From the NCBI GenBank assembly GCA_965200965.1, contig OZ241744.1, positions 1 through 64,000 of the forward strand: a stretch of 64,000 nucleotides of DNA, in the 5' to 3' direction. This DNA is from an uncultured Candidatus Binatia bacterium. Its GTDB lineage: Bacteria; Desulfobacterota; Binatia; Bin18. The position numbers and the translations under genes were made by a program. Shown one piece after another: positions 20,108 to 33,204 of the stretch. Within the stretch, counting starts at the first letter, position 1, and each line of letters starts with the position of its first letter. Under the pieces are notes generated by a model. It was not told the origin of the DNA and searched no databases. It saw nothing but the letters and a program-made list of their open reading frames with translations.

Positions 20108-21094
20108 TCAGGGGGCCGTGTCACGCGCCGCGGCTCGGCGCAGGCGGTCCATGATCGCTCTGCCGATTCCCCGCTCGGGAACGGCTTCAACTACCAGCCG
20201 GTCAAGGCCAAGTCGGTCAAAACGGCGCAGGGCGGCAAACAGATTTGTCGCGGCTTCAACCAGATCGTCCTTGGCCGACAGGGCGGCCTGACAGGTGTAG
20301 GCGGGCACCGTCGGCCCGGGCCTGAGTGTCAACAGACCGACCCGTTCCTGAGGCCGCGGCTGAGGAATGGCCTGACCGAGGGCGAGCAGGGTCATTGGAA
20401 CATGGGGCGCGTAGTGCTGCGGCAGGGTGCCGGGCGAGCGCGCATCAGGATCGCTGGAAGAGGGCAGGCCGACCGGCCTGATGACGGCTTCAATGTCCTC
20501 TACGCTCACCCCGCCCGGGCGCAACACCACCGCTTCTGTGTCGGTCAGCGCGCACACCGTGGACTCAAGCCCGACCGTACACGGCCCTCCGTCCAGAATC
20601 AGCTCCAGCGTCTGTCCTAATGTGTCCTGCACATGCTGGGCAGTGGTTGGGCTGACATAGCCAAACGGGTTGGCGCTCGGAGCGGCAATCGGCGTCCCGG
20701 CCTCCCGCAACAGGCTGAGAGCGACAGGATGGGCCGGCATACGCAGCCCGACGGTCCCCAGCCCGGCGGTGACCAGGTCTGGAATGACAGACCGCTTGGG
20801 CAGCACGAGGGTCAGCGGCCCGGGCCAGAAGTGGTCCATCAGTGCTCTTGCCCGGTCGTCAATACGGGCCGCGTACTGAGGGACGGCATCGACCTGCGCG
20901 ATGTGGACGATCAGCGGGTCAAACGTGGGGCGCTGTTTGACGGCGAAGACCTGAGCGACAGCGCGCTCATTGAGCGCGTCGGCCCCAAGGCCGTAGACGG
21001 TTTCAGTCGGAAAGGCGATAAGGCCGCCAGCTTGGATCAGCGCCGCGGCCTGCCGGACCGCGTCCGGAGCCGCGGCGTCGAGAATCCGGGCCAT
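20108..21094 (-). CDS. sua5: Threonylcarbamoyl-AMP synthase Sua5/TsaC2
   Basis: FPTETVYGLGA, WPGPLTL, AAPSAN, SPG...HYAP and C-terminal SUA5 domain. Confidence 0.95.
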   Translation of the reverse strand: MARILDAAAPDAVRQAAALIQAGGLIAFPTETVYGLGADALNERAVAQVFAVKQRPTFDPLIVHIAQVDAVPQYAARIDDRARALMDHFWPGPLTLVLPKRSVIPDLVTAGLGTVGLRMPAHPVALSLLREAGTPIAAPSANPFGYVSPTTAQHVQDTLGQTLELILDGGPCTVGLESTVCALTDTEAVVLRPGGVSVEDIEAVIRPVGLPSSSDPDARSPGTLPQHYAPHVPMTLLALGQAIPQPRPQERVGLLTLRPGPTVPAYTCQAALSAKDDLVEAATNLFAALRRFDRLGLDRLVVEAVPERGIGRAIMDRLRRAAARDTAP

Positions 21095-21102
21095 AGCCGC
21101 TC

Positions 21103-23094
21103 TCAGTCCTCCAGCGTCGGATAGGTATAGCTTTTGAGGGCGGCCTCAAAAGCTTGCATCAGTCGCTCCCGTCCACAGTCCTGGCCGGCGCTGGCTTCGC
21201 CAAGCTGGCGCAGAAATCCTTCCAGCATTTCTTGCCGTTCATAGCCGAACACCTTGAGCACGCCCTCGATCGTCTGGCCGGGAATGATCCGGGTCAGGTG
21301 ATAGTGGCCGGTGTCGTCAGTTACCACCGAGGCATCGTGGACATGGCCGAAGAGGTTATGGTAATCGCCCAGTACATCCTGGTACGCGCCGGTAAAAAAG
21401 ACCCCCAGATAGTACGGCTGGCCGTCAGGAGGGTGGAGTTCAAGCCAGTCTTTGATGTCTCGCGGGTCAACAAAGGTATCGACCTTGCCGTCCGAATCGC
21501 AGGTCAAATCCGCCAGATAGCCCTTGCGGTCAGGGACCTCGGTCAGCCGGTGCAGCGGCATAATGGGAAAGAGCTGGTCTACAGCCCACGAGTCCGGAAT
21601 AGACTGGAAGACGGAGAAATTACAGATGAACTTGTGCGCCAGGTGGCGCTCGAGGTCTTCAAACTCTTCGGGCATATGCCGGGCCAGCTTGGCAAACTTC
21701 AGCGCCCGCTCACACGCCCCCCAGAACAACTCCTGACCAAGCCCGCGATCCTCCAGGGACAGATAGCCCAGGTTGAACAGCGAGAACATTTCGTCGCGCT
21801 GCTCTACGATGTCGTGGTAGTACTCCCGGTAGTTCCTGGCGTTGATCTCGGTATAGATGTCGTACATTTCCTGAATGACCTGCGGGCGGCTGTCCGGGTC
21901 GGGGACATGAATTGGACCGTTCAGCAGGCTTAGCTCGTTGATGACATTAAAGACCAGCACAGCGTGGGGGGCGGCGATCATACGCCCATTTTCGGTCAGG
22001 ATGATCGGCTCGCGCACGTCTTCGCTGTCGCACACCTCTTTGATGGAGTAGACGATATCGTTGGCGTACTCCTGGACCGAGTAGTTGACGCTTGAGTCTG
22101 AGGCGGTCCGCGAGCCATCGTAGTCAACGCCCAGGCCGCCGCCGACATCAAGGTGGGTGAGTTGCGAGCACAGTTTGCGCAGCTTGGCATAGGTCCGCGC
22201 CGCCTCTTTGACCGCGTACTTGATGCGCTTGATATCGGTCACTTGTGAGCCGATATGAAAATGCAGCAGTTGGAGGCAGTCGCCGAGCCCGGCTTCGTTC
22301 AGGCGGCTGAGGCAGACCAGCAGCTCGGTGGTGGTGAAGCCGAACTTGGACAGGTCACCGCTCGACTTTTCCCACTTGCCGCTGCCGCGCGCCGACAGTT
22401 TGAGCCGCAGGCCGATACGGGGACGGATGCCGAGGTGCCGGCTCATCTCCAGCAGCAGCCCCAGCTCAAAGAGTGTTTCCAGAACGATAAAGACCTGCCG
22501 TCCGAGTTGTTCGCTGCGCAGGGCGAGGCTGAGATAGGCTTCGTCTTTGACCCCGTTACAGATGATGGGTGCCTTCGGATTGTGGTTCAAGGCTAGGGCC
22601 AGGGTTAGCTCGGCTTTGCTGCCGACCTCAATGCCGAGGTCGTAGCGCTGGCCAAAGCGAACGATCTCCCGGACAACCTCTCGTTTTTGGTTGGCCTTGA
22701 TCGGATAGGCTGGAATATAGCCAGCCTGATAGCCGAACTCCTCAATTGCGGTCCGAAAAGCGGCTACCAGTTTCTTGATCTGCCCGTCCAGGATCTGGGG
22801 GAAGCGCAGGATGAGCGGGGTTGACAGTCCACGCCGACGCAGCTCTGCCACGATCCGGGTGACAGCCACTGGCACGCCGCGGTCAAAGGCCAGGACAACG
22901 TCTCCATCCCGGTTGACCGAGAAGTATGCTCCGCCCCAGCTGTGTATTCCATACCGGTCAAGGTTTTCCTCAATAGCATTCCCGGCGACAGAGATCGCTG
23001 TGGGGGCGGCTGTCGTGTCTCTCAGACTTTCGATCTGAGAGGCTGAGAAACGTCCCAGCCGGGTATTGCGGGCACCCTCTTTTAGCGCTCTCAT
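21103..23094 (-). CDS. speA: Biosynthetic arginine decarboxylase
   Basis: YPIKANQ, GSKAEL, HFHIGSQ, DVGGGLGVDYDGS, DLTCDSDG, GAYQDVLG. Confidence 0.96.
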   Translation of the reverse strand: MRALKEGARNTRLGRFSASQIESLRDTTAAPTAISVAGNAIEENLDRYGIHSWGGAYFSVNRDGDVVLAFDRGVPVAVTRIVAELRRRGLSTPLILRFPQILDGQIKKLVAAFRTAIEEFGYQAGYIPAYPIKANQKREVVREIVRFGQRYDLGIEVGSKAELTLALALNHNPKAPIICNGVKDEAYLSLALRSEQLGRQVFIVLETLFELGLLLEMSRHLGIRPRIGLRLKLSARGSGKWEKSSGDLSKFGFTTTELLVCLSRLNEAGLGDCLQLLHFHIGSQVTDIKRIKYAVKEAARTYAKLRKLCSQLTHLDVGGGLGVDYDGSRTASDSSVNYSVQEYANDIVYSIKEVCDSEDVREPIILTENGRMIAAPHAVLVFNVINELSLLNGPIHVPDPDSRPQVIQEMYDIYTEINARNYREYYHDIVEQRDEMFSLFNLGYLSLEDRGLGQELFWGACERALKFAKLARHMPEEFEDLERHLAHKFICNFSVFQSIPDSWAVDQLFPIMPLHRLTEVPDRKGYLADLTCDSDGKVDTFVDPRDIKDWLELHPPDGQPYYLGVFFTGAYQDVLGDYHNLFGHVHDASVVTDDTGHYHLTRIIPGQTIEGVLKVFGYERQEMLEGFLRQLGEASAGQDCGRERLMQAFEAALKSYTYPTLED

Positions 23095-23319
23095 GGCAAC
23101 ACTTCCTCTTGCGATGGACTATACTATCGGGGACACGATCGGCAGGCTGAGCGCCCAGTGGCCATTGGGATGTGGGGGGATGGGACGAGAGGGATGGCGT
23201 GGAAAGTCCTGGGGCAGCCTCTTCACTCGGGGTTGGCCCGAAGATACGGGAGATGCGGTGTGTCGTGCGTGTGTCTTCAAGGCCGGCGGCCCACCTCGCG
23301 CTGGTGTGGGAGACCATTA

Positions 23320-23348
23320 CCTTTACCGTTTTTGTTCATCCCTGTCAA
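23320..23348 (-). promoter_or_regulatory. Putative promoter of speA
   Basis: Minus strand TTGACA-17 nt-TAAAGG, about 225 nt upstream of the speA ATG; the -10 is non-canonical. Confidence 0.45.
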
Positions 23349-23381
23349 GACAAAACCTCGGGCCGCTTGGCGCGTCCAGCA

Positions 23382-23410
23382 TTGAGACTGGTGGGCTGAT
23401 TCCGTACAAT
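23382..23410 (+). promoter_or_regulatory. Sigma70 promoter of aguB (probably leaderless)
   Basis: TTGAGA-17 nt-TACAAT ending 7 nt before the ATG at 23418. Confidence 0.65.
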
Positions 23411-23417
23411 ATGGGCT

Positions 23418-24293
23418 ATGGATAGCAGTTCGTCCGCGGTCCGGGTCGGCTTGGTCCAGATGACGTGTGGAGACGAGCCCGGCGCAAACCTCGGCAAAGC
23501 CGTGCAGCGCATTGAGGCGGCCGCCCGGCGCGGAGCCCAGATTGTGTGCCTGCAGGAACTCTTCTGCTCGGTCTATTTTTGTCAGCGGGAAGACACCAGT
23601 TGTTTTCGGCTGGCCGAGCCGATTCCCGGGCCGACAACCGAGACGCTCAGCCGGGTGGCGCGTGCCCGTCAGGTGGTGGTGATTGCGCCGATTTTTGAGA
23701 AGCGGGCGGCAGGTCTGTTTCACAACTCGGTGGCGGTAATGGACGCCGACGGCGCTTTGCTCGGCGTCTATCGCAAGATGCACATTCCTGATGACCCGCT
23801 CTATTATGAAAAATTCTATTTTACGCCGGGCGATCTGGGGTTCCAGACCTTTGCGGCCCGTTACGCCCGGATTGGGGTCCTCATCTGCTGGGATCAGTGG
23901 TTTCCCGAGGCCGCCCGCCTGACCGCCTTGGGTGGGGCCCAGCTGCTGTTCTACCCGACGGCGATTGCCTGGCAGCAAGCCGAACAAGCCGAAGACCGCC
24001 AAGCGCAGCGCCACGCCTGGGAGACCATCCAGCGCGGCCACGCGGTTGCCAACGGGGTTTTTGTCGCCGCGGTGAACCGCGTTGGCACAGAGGGCGGGCT
24101 TCAGTTTTGGGGATCCTCTTTTGTGAGTGATCCTTTTGGCCGTGTACTGGCCAGTGCCGGAACCGAGCGCGAAGAGACCGTGCTGGCCTCGTGTGACCTC
24201 GGTCGCATTGATACGGTACGCCAGGAGTGGCCGTTTCTGCGCGATCGACGGATCGATGCCTACACCAACCTCACCAAGCGCTATCTTGACTGA
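23418..24293 (+). CDS. aguB: N-carbamoylputrescine amidase (carbon-nitrogen hydrolase)
   Basis: LQELF, YRKMHIPDDP.YYEKFYF, ICWDQWFPE, FLRDRR; adjacent to aguA and speA. Confidence 0.9.
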   Translation: MDSSSSAVRVGLVQMTCGDEPGANLGKAVQRIEAAARRGAQIVCLQELFCSVYFCQREDTSCFRLAEPIPGPTTETLSRVARARQVVVIAPIFEKRAAGLFHNSVAVMDADGALLGVYRKMHIPDDPLYYEKFYFTPGDLGFQTFAARYARIGVLICWDQWFPEAARLTALGGAQLLFYPTAIAWQQAEQAEDRQAQRHAWETIQRGHAVANGVFVAAVNRVGTEGGLQFWGSSFVSDPFGRVLASAGTEREETVLASCDLGRIDTVRQEWPFLRDRRIDAYTNLTKRYLD

Positions 24294-24295
24294 CC

Positions 24296-27477
<3,182 letters not shown>

Positions 27478-27499
27478 GCGGCTCGGCGTGAAACCAGCG

Positions 27500-27529
27500 T
27501 TGACACTTTGCCGCTGTATGGTGTACATT
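27500..27529 (+). promoter_or_regulatory. Sigma70 promoter of tRNA-Gly/polA
   Basis: TTGACA-18 nt-TACATT ending 13 nt before the tRNA. Confidence 0.6.
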
Positions 27530-27542
27530 CATGGAACACTAG

Positions 27543-27616
27543 GCGGGTGTAGCTCAGCTGGTTAGAGCGCGACCTTGCCAAGGTCGAAGTCGCCGGTTCG
27601 AAGCCGGTCACCCGCT
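27543..27616 (+). tRNA. tRNA-Gly(GCC)
   Basis: Acceptor stem GCGGGTG/CACCCGC, anticodon arm CGACC-TTGCCAA-GGTCG, GGTTCGAAGCC T-arm; CCA not encoded. Confidence 0.96.
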
Positions 27617-27658
27617 CTCCCCAAAGTCCCTGGCCAGCCAGGGACTTTTTTCAGGCCA

Positions 27659-30322
27659 ATGCGGATTTTCCTGATCGACGGTCAGTCGTACATCTACCGG
27701 GCGTTCTACGCCGTGCGCGAACTGAGCAATTCGAGCGGCTTTCCCACCAATGCGATTTTCGGCTTTGTGAACATGCTCCAGCGGGTCCAGGACACCTATG
27801 ACCCGAGCCACTTGGCGATTATCTTTGACGCGCCGGGCAAGACCTTTCGGCATGCGCGTTATAGCGACTATAAGGCCAACCGGCAGGCTATGCCTGACGC
27901 CCTCCGGCAGCAGATTCCCCGCATCAAAGAACTCGTCAAGGCTTACCGCATTCCGGCCATTGAGTTGGCCGGCTACGAGGCGGACGATATTCTGGCCACC
28001 CTGGCGAGCCGCTGGGACCGGGACGGAGCCGAGATTGTCCTGGTGTCGGGCGACAAGGACCTCATGCAGCTGGTGTCTGAGCGGGTGACGATGCTCGACA
28101 CCATGAAGAACCACACTATCGGCATTGAGGAGGTCCGGGCCAAGTTCGGTGTTGAGCCGGGACAGGTGGTTGAGGTTCAGGCTCTGATGGGAGACGCGAC
28201 CGATAATATCCCGGGTATTCCTGGAGTGGGCCATAAGACCGCGATGAAACTCATCGCCGAATGGCATGATCTCAACAGTGTACTCAGCAACAGCGACCGC
28301 ATCAAGGGCAAGATCGGCCACAAGGTCCGCGACAATATCGAACTGGCCCGCCTGTCTAAAGAACTCGTGACCCTATGTCGTGAGGTGCCGATCGAGGTCG
28401 AGTTGGACAGCCTGGCCCGGGAGGAGCCTGACGTTGACCGTCTGCACGAGCTGTTCAGCGAGTTTGAGTTTCGCCGCTTTTTGTCCGACCTGGACGTGAG
28501 CTGGGAGTTTTCTGTGGAGGACGAGCAGGCCAAGGCAGGGCGGTACGAGATTGTCCAGACCGCGGAGCAGCTCCAACACATGCTGAGCCACATCCGGGCG
28601 GCCAAGACCTACTGCCTGGATACCGAGACGACCGCCCTCAATCCGCTCGATGCCGAACTCGTCGGGGTCGCCCTGTCGGTCCACGAAGAACAGGCCTGGT
28701 ATGTGCCGGTTGCCCATACGGCCGAAGGGGCCGAGTCCCAACTGCCGCGCCGGACCGTGCTTGAGGCCCTGCGCAGCCTGTTTGCAGACGAGTCGCTGTC
28801 GCTCGTCGCGCAGAATATCAAATATGACATCATGGTCCTGGCCAAATACAGGCTGTGGCCCGGGCGCGTGTCCGGGGATACCATGCTGGCCTCCTATCTG
28901 CTCGACCCCGCCACCCGTCATAATCTGAACGATCTGGCCTGGGAGCACCTGCACTACAGCATGACCAGCTATGATGAAGTGACCGACGGTACCAAAAAAG
29001 GGTTTGCCGAGGTGGCGGTTGCTGAGGCGGCCAGCTACTCCGGCGAAGACGCCGATATCACCCTGCGCCTGGCCCAGCGCTTGTTTCCGCGCCTCCACGA
29101 CGAGGGCATGGGTGCGCTGTTCTCCGAGGTCGAAGTCCCCTTAGCCCTGGTCTTAGCGCGTATGGAGTTGAGCGGCATTCTGGTTGACCGCGACTTTCTA
29201 GCCGGCCTGTCAACCGAGTTCAGCCAGCACCGCGGCCGGCTTGAGCGCGAAATCTACGAGCTGGCCGGTGAGGAGTTCAATATCGCCTCTCCGCAGCAGC
29301 TCCAGCGCATTCTGTTTGAAAAGCTGGGTCTGCCGCGCGGCAAAAAAACCAGGACCGGCTCCTCAACCGACTCCTCGGTCCTGGAGGCGCTGTCCGAGCA
29401 CTATCCGCTGCCGGCCAGAATCCTCTCCTACCGGGGCTTTGCCAAGCTGCAAAGTACCTATGTGGATGCCCTGCCGAAGCTGATCCGCCCCACAACCGGG
29501 CGGATTCATACCTCGTTCAACCAGACGGTCACGGCGACCGGGCGCCTGTCTTCGAGCAACCCCAATTTACAGAATATCCCGATTCGGAGCGAAGAGGGCC
29601 GGCGTATCCGGGCCGCCTTTGTGCCGCCGCCGGGACATGTGTTTGTGTCGGCTGACTACTCGCAGATTGAGCTGCGGCTGCTGGCCCACCTGAGCCGCGA
29701 CCCGGTCCTGGTAGAATCGTTTCGGCGTGGACAAGACGTGCATGCCCGGACCGCGGCCGAGATTTTTGGGGTTGATACGGTGACGGCCGATCAACGTCGC
29801 CAAGCCAAGACGATCAATTTCGGTATCATCTATGGGATGGGTGCCCACCGCTTGGGCCGCTCGCTGAACATTCCGTTCAAGACCGCTCAGGGTTACATTG
29901 ACCAGTATTTTGCCCGCTACCACGCGATCAAAGGCTATATGGACGGCATGCTCGATACCGCCCGGGAGCGGGGCTATGTGACCACCCTCCAGGGGCGGCG
30001 GCGCTATGTGCCGGACTTGCACAGCACCAACCGGCAGGTGGTCAGTGCCGCAGAACGGGTCGCCATCAATACCCCGATTCAGGGGACGGCTGCCGACCTG
30101 ATTAAGAGTGCTATGGTGACGATCGACCGACGGCTCCGCCGGCAAGGTTCAGGTACCCGCATGTTGCTACAGGTCCACGACGAGCTGCTGTTCGAGGTGC
30201 CCGAGGGAGAACTCCAGACCGTCATTCCCCTCGTCCGGGAGATCATGGAAGGGGTGGCAGCGCTCGAGGTGCCCCTTGAGGTAGAGATCGGGCAGGGCAG
30301 CAGTTGGGCTGAGGCCCATTAG
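27659..30322 (+). CDS. polA: DNA polymerase I
   Basis: MRIFLIDG..YIYRAFYA (5'-3' exonuclease), LDTET (3'-5' exonuclease), ADYSQIELR, AKTINFGIIYG, QVHDEL. Confidence 0.98.
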   Translation: MRIFLIDGQSYIYRAFYAVRELSNSSGFPTNAIFGFVNMLQRVQDTYDPSHLAIIFDAPGKTFRHARYSDYKANRQAMPDALRQQIPRIKELVKAYRIPAIELAGYEADDILATLASRWDRDGAEIVLVSGDKDLMQLVSERVTMLDTMKNHTIGIEEVRAKFGVEPGQVVEVQALMGDATDNIPGIPGVGHKTAMKLIAEWHDLNSVLSNSDRIKGKIGHKVRDNIELARLSKELVTLCREVPIEVELDSLAREEPDVDRLHELFSEFEFRRFLSDLDVSWEFSVEDEQAKAGRYEIVQTAEQLQHMLSHIRAAKTYCLDTETTALNPLDAELVGVALSVHEEQAWYVPVAHTAEGAESQLPRRTVLEALRSLFADESLSLVAQNIKYDIMVLAKYRLWPGRVSGDTMLASYLLDPATRHNLNDLAWEHLHYSMTSYDEVTDGTKKGFAEVAVAEAASYSGEDADITLRLAQRLFPRLHDEGMGALFSEVEVPLALVLARMELSGILVDRDFLAGLSTEFSQHRGRLEREIYELAGEEFNIASPQQLQRILFEKLGLPRGKKTRTGSSTDSSVLEALSEHYPLPARILSYRGFAKLQSTYVDALPKLIRPTTGRIHTSFNQTVTATGRLSSSNPNLQNIPIRSEEGRRIRAAFVPPPGHVFVSADYSQIELRLLAHLSRDPVLVESFRRGQDVHARTAAEIFGVDTVTADQRRQAKTINFGIIYGMGAHRLGRSLNIPFKTAQGYIDQYFARYHAIKGYMDGMLDTARERGYVTTLQGRRRYVPDLHSTNRQVVSAAERVAINTPIQGTAADLIKSAMVTIDRRLRRQGSGTRMLLQVHDELLFEVPEGELQTVIPLVREIMEGVAALEVPLEVEIGQGSSWAEAH

Positions 30323-30351
30323 GCTGACACAACGCACAGGAGGTAAAACGC

Positions 30352-31164
30352 ATGGAGTACAGCAGCTACGAGCATCTGCTCATTGAGATCACCGACGGTA
30401 TTGCCAGGCTGACGATTAACCGACCCGAGACCCTGAACTCGACAAACTTCCGTCTCCACTACGAGTTGAGCAAGGTCTGGCTCGATATTGCCGAAGACGA
30501 CGACATCCGGGTTGCGGTGATTACCGGTGCCGGGCGCGCCTTCTCGGCCGGAGGAGATTTTGAGGTTGTTGCCCAATCAATCGGCAACCTCGACGTTGTG
30601 TCGCAGACCATGAAAGAAGCGCGCGACATCGTCCACAATATGATCAACTGCAATAAGCCGATTATCTCGGCTATTAACGGCGTAGCGGTCGGTGCCGGGC
30701 TGGCGGTGGCGCTGCTGGCCGACATCAGCATTGCCTCGGACAAGGCCAGGTTTACCGATGGCCATACCCGGCTCGGCGTGGCCGCCGGCGATCATGCGGC
30801 TGTGATATGGCCCTTGCTCGTCGGCATGGCCAAGGCCAAATACTACCTCCTGACCTGCGACATGCTGGACGCCACAGAAGCCGAGCGGATTGGCCTAGTG
30901 AGCATGGTCGTCCACCACGACGAGCTGATGCCAAAGGCGATGGAGGTGGCTGGCAAGCTGGCCAACGGCGCTCAGCAGGCGATTCGCTGGACCAAGCTGT
31001 CCTTGAACCAGTGGCTGCGGGATGCCGCGGCGACCTCGTTTGACTACTCGCTGGCCCTGGAGATGCTGGGCTTCTTTGGCAAAGATGCAGGGGAAGGTCT
31101 GGCGTCCTTGCAGGAGCGCCGCAGCGCGGTCTTCCCTTCGATCAAGGGCCGGCAGAACACCTGA
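30352..31164 (+). CDS. Enoyl-CoA hydratase/isomerase family protein
   Basis: AFSAGGD, KPIISAING.AVGAG, DGH..LGVAAGDH. Confidence 0.92.
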   Translation: MEYSSYEHLLIEITDGIARLTINRPETLNSTNFRLHYELSKVWLDIAEDDDIRVAVITGAGRAFSAGGDFEVVAQSIGNLDVVSQTMKEARDIVHNMINCNKPIISAINGVAVGAGLAVALLADISIASDKARFTDGHTRLGVAAGDHAAVIWPLLVGMAKAKYYLLTCDMLDATEAERIGLVSMVVHHDELMPKAMEVAGKLANGAQQAIRWTKLSLNQWLRDAAATSFDYSLALEMLGFFGKDAGEGLASLQERRSAVFPSIKGRQNT

Positions 31165-31168
31165 GGCC

Positions 31169-31435
31169 ATGACCACCGCCGACACCATTGCACAACTCCT
31201 CCGCCACCGTCTCGAAGCCCTGGAAGTCACGGTTGAAGACGAGAGCGCCCGGCACGCCGGCCATGCTGGGGCGGCCTCGGGCGGGGGACACTACCGGGTC
31301 CGCATCGTGTCGCGGATGTTTGCCGGAAAAACCCGGGTGCAGCGTCACCGCCTGGTCTATGTGGCCTTGGCCGAGGAGATGGGCGGGGCGATCCACGCTC
31401 TGGCCCTGACAACCCTGACACCGGACCAGCCCTAA
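31169..31435 (+). CDS. bolA: BolA family protein
   Basis: DESARHAGHAGA..GGHY.V.IVS..F.GK.RVQRHRLVY...IHALAL. Confidence 0.92.
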   Translation: MTTADTIAQLLRHRLEALEVTVEDESARHAGHAGAASGGGHYRVRIVSRMFAGKTRVQRHRLVYVALAEEMGGAIHALALTTLTPDQP

Positions 31436-32439
31436 CACTGGTAATACGCCCGGTACCATTCCACAAACCGGGCAATCCCTTCGCGCAGTGGCGTGGCTGG
31501 CCGAAAGCCGACGGCCCGGACCAGTTCGTCCACATCCGCGGCGGTCTCTGGCACATCTCCGGCCTGGAGAGGCTGGAAATCCTTCTGTGCCGCGCGGCCC
31601 AAGCACTCCTCCAGGACGCTGATGAAGTCGAGCAGGGCGACCGGCCGATTGCTGCCGATATTGTACAGGCGGTAAGGGGCCGAGCTGCTGCCCGGATCGG
31701 GCGCGTGCCCCGACCAGTCGGGGTCTGGCTGGGGGACACAGTCCAGCACCCGGACTACCCCTTCGACAATATCGTCAATATAGGTAAAGTCCCGGCGCAT
31801 CCGTCCGTAATGAAAGACCGCTATCGGTTCACCGGCCAGAATAGCGCGGGTAAACATAAACAGGGCCATGTCCGGGCGACCCCACGGACCGTAGACAGTA
31901 AAAAACCGCAGGCCGGTCGTCGGCAGCCCATACAGGTGGCTATAGGTATGGGCCATCAGTTCATTGGCCTTTTTGGACGCCGCGTACAGGGAGATCGGAT
32001 GGTCAACATTGTGCTGGACCGAAAACGGCAGGCTGGTATTTGCCCCGTACACCGAGCTGCTTGAGGCGTACACCAGGTGGGCGGTCTGGGTCGCCCGGCA
32101 GCCCTCAATGATATTCAGAAAGCCGACCAGGTTGCTCTCAACATAGGGGTGCGGGTTGCTCAGCGAGTGGCGCACGCCGGCCTGGGCGGCCAAGTGGACG
32201 ACCCGCTCCGGGCGATGACGTTGAAACAGATCGGCTATGCCGGCCCGGTCGGCCAGATCGAGGGTATGAAAGCTGAAGCGAGCCTGGTGGCTGAGTTGGG
32301 CCAGCCGAGCCTGCTTCAGCCGTACATCGTAGTAGGCGTTCATATTATCGAGGCCGATGATCGAATCCCCACGGGCGAGCAGGCGGGCCGCAACGTGAAA
32401 TCCAATAAAACCGGCAGCGCCGGTGACCAGAACCCGCAT
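31432..32439 (-). CDS. NAD-dependent epimerase (UDP-glucuronate 4-epimerase-like)
   Basis: GAAGFIG, HLAAQAGVR, YAASK, GPWGRPDMA. Confidence 0.92.
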   Translation of the reverse strand: MRVLVTGAAGFIGFHVAARLLARGDSIIGLDNMNAYYDVRLKQARLAQLSHQARFSFHTLDLADRAGIADLFQRHRPERVVHLAAQAGVRHSLSNPHPYVESNLVGFLNIIEGCRATQTAHLVYASSSSVYGANTSLPFSVQHNVDHPISLYAASKKANELMAHTYSHLYGLPTTGLRFFTVYGPWGRPDMALFMFTRAILAGEPIAVFHYGRMRRDFTYIDDIVEGVVRVLDCVPQPDPDWSGHAPDPGSSSAPYRLYNIGSNRPVALLDFISVLEECLGRAAQKDFQPLQAGDVPETAADVDELVRAVGFRPATPLREGIARFVEWYRAYYQC

Positions 32440-32455
32440 GTCGCGCTCTCAGCGC

Positions 32456-33121
32456 TCAGCCGGGCCGGAGAGTGTCGGCGGTGGCGTCCCGCCCATCGGC
32501 CTGGCCGTTTGGATAGGCAACCTCAGGATTCTGCCGGGCGTGCTGAGCCTGTCGGTCGTGGGACACCGGGCGGCTGGCCGACAACTGCCGGATGACCTTG
32601 AGATGATACTCAAGCCCGGACCACAGACTCAGCACAGCCGAGAGCCACAGAAAATACATCCCGGTCAGGTGAAAATCGATGTGCCAATAGGTGTAGTGCA
32701 GGATCAGACTGTGTACGGCAAAAATCTGGCAGAGGGTTTTGTACTTGCCGAGTGCTTCGGCCTCAACCACGACCCCCGCGCCAGCGGCGATACCGCGCAG
32801 CCCGGTGACCGCAATCTCCCGTCCGACCAGCACCACCACCAGCCAGGCCGGCACCCGCGGAAAACGGTCCAGGCTGAGCAGCATGATCAGGGCGGCCGTC
32901 ACCAGCAGCTTATCGGCCAGGGGGTCAAGCAGCTTGCCCAGGGTGCTGGTCCGGCCCTGGAGACGGGCAAAATAGCCGTCAAAATAGTCGGTCCAGCTAG
33001 CCACAAAAAAAATACCGAAGGCCCATACCCCGGCACCCGGTCCGGGGTCGGTCAGATAGTACATCAGCAGGGGGATCAGCGCGATGCGGAAGAGACTCAG
33101 CAGGTTGGGCAGGTGTGACAC
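32456..33121 (-). CDS. pgsA: CDP-diacylglycerol--glycerol-3-phosphate 3-phosphatidyltransferase
   Basis: LPNLLSLFRI, TDYFDGYFAR...GKLLDPLADKLL; GTG start after a GGAGGA RBS. Confidence 0.92.
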   Translation of the reverse strand: MSHLPNLLSLFRIALIPLLMYYLTDPGPGAGVWAFGIFFVASWTDYFDGYFARLQGRTSTLGKLLDPLADKLLVTAALIMLLSLDRFPRVPAWLVVVLVGREIAVTGLRGIAAGAGVVVEAEALGKYKTLCQIFAVHSLILHYTYWHIDFHLTGMYFLWLSAVLSLWSGLEYHLKVIRQLSASRPVSHDRQAQHARQNPEVAYPNGQADGRDATADTLRPG

Positions 33122-33204
33122 GGCTCCTCCCCGTATAGGCAATTTTCTCCTCCAGGTCAATTTCCCGGGCCTGCCGCTTGCCGCCTTGACTCCGCGGGGG
33201 TGAC

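Noticed and set aside
27575-27658. N-terminal extension of polA in the ORF track
   Set aside because: It overlaps tRNA-Gly; the conserved start is MRIFLIDG at 27659.
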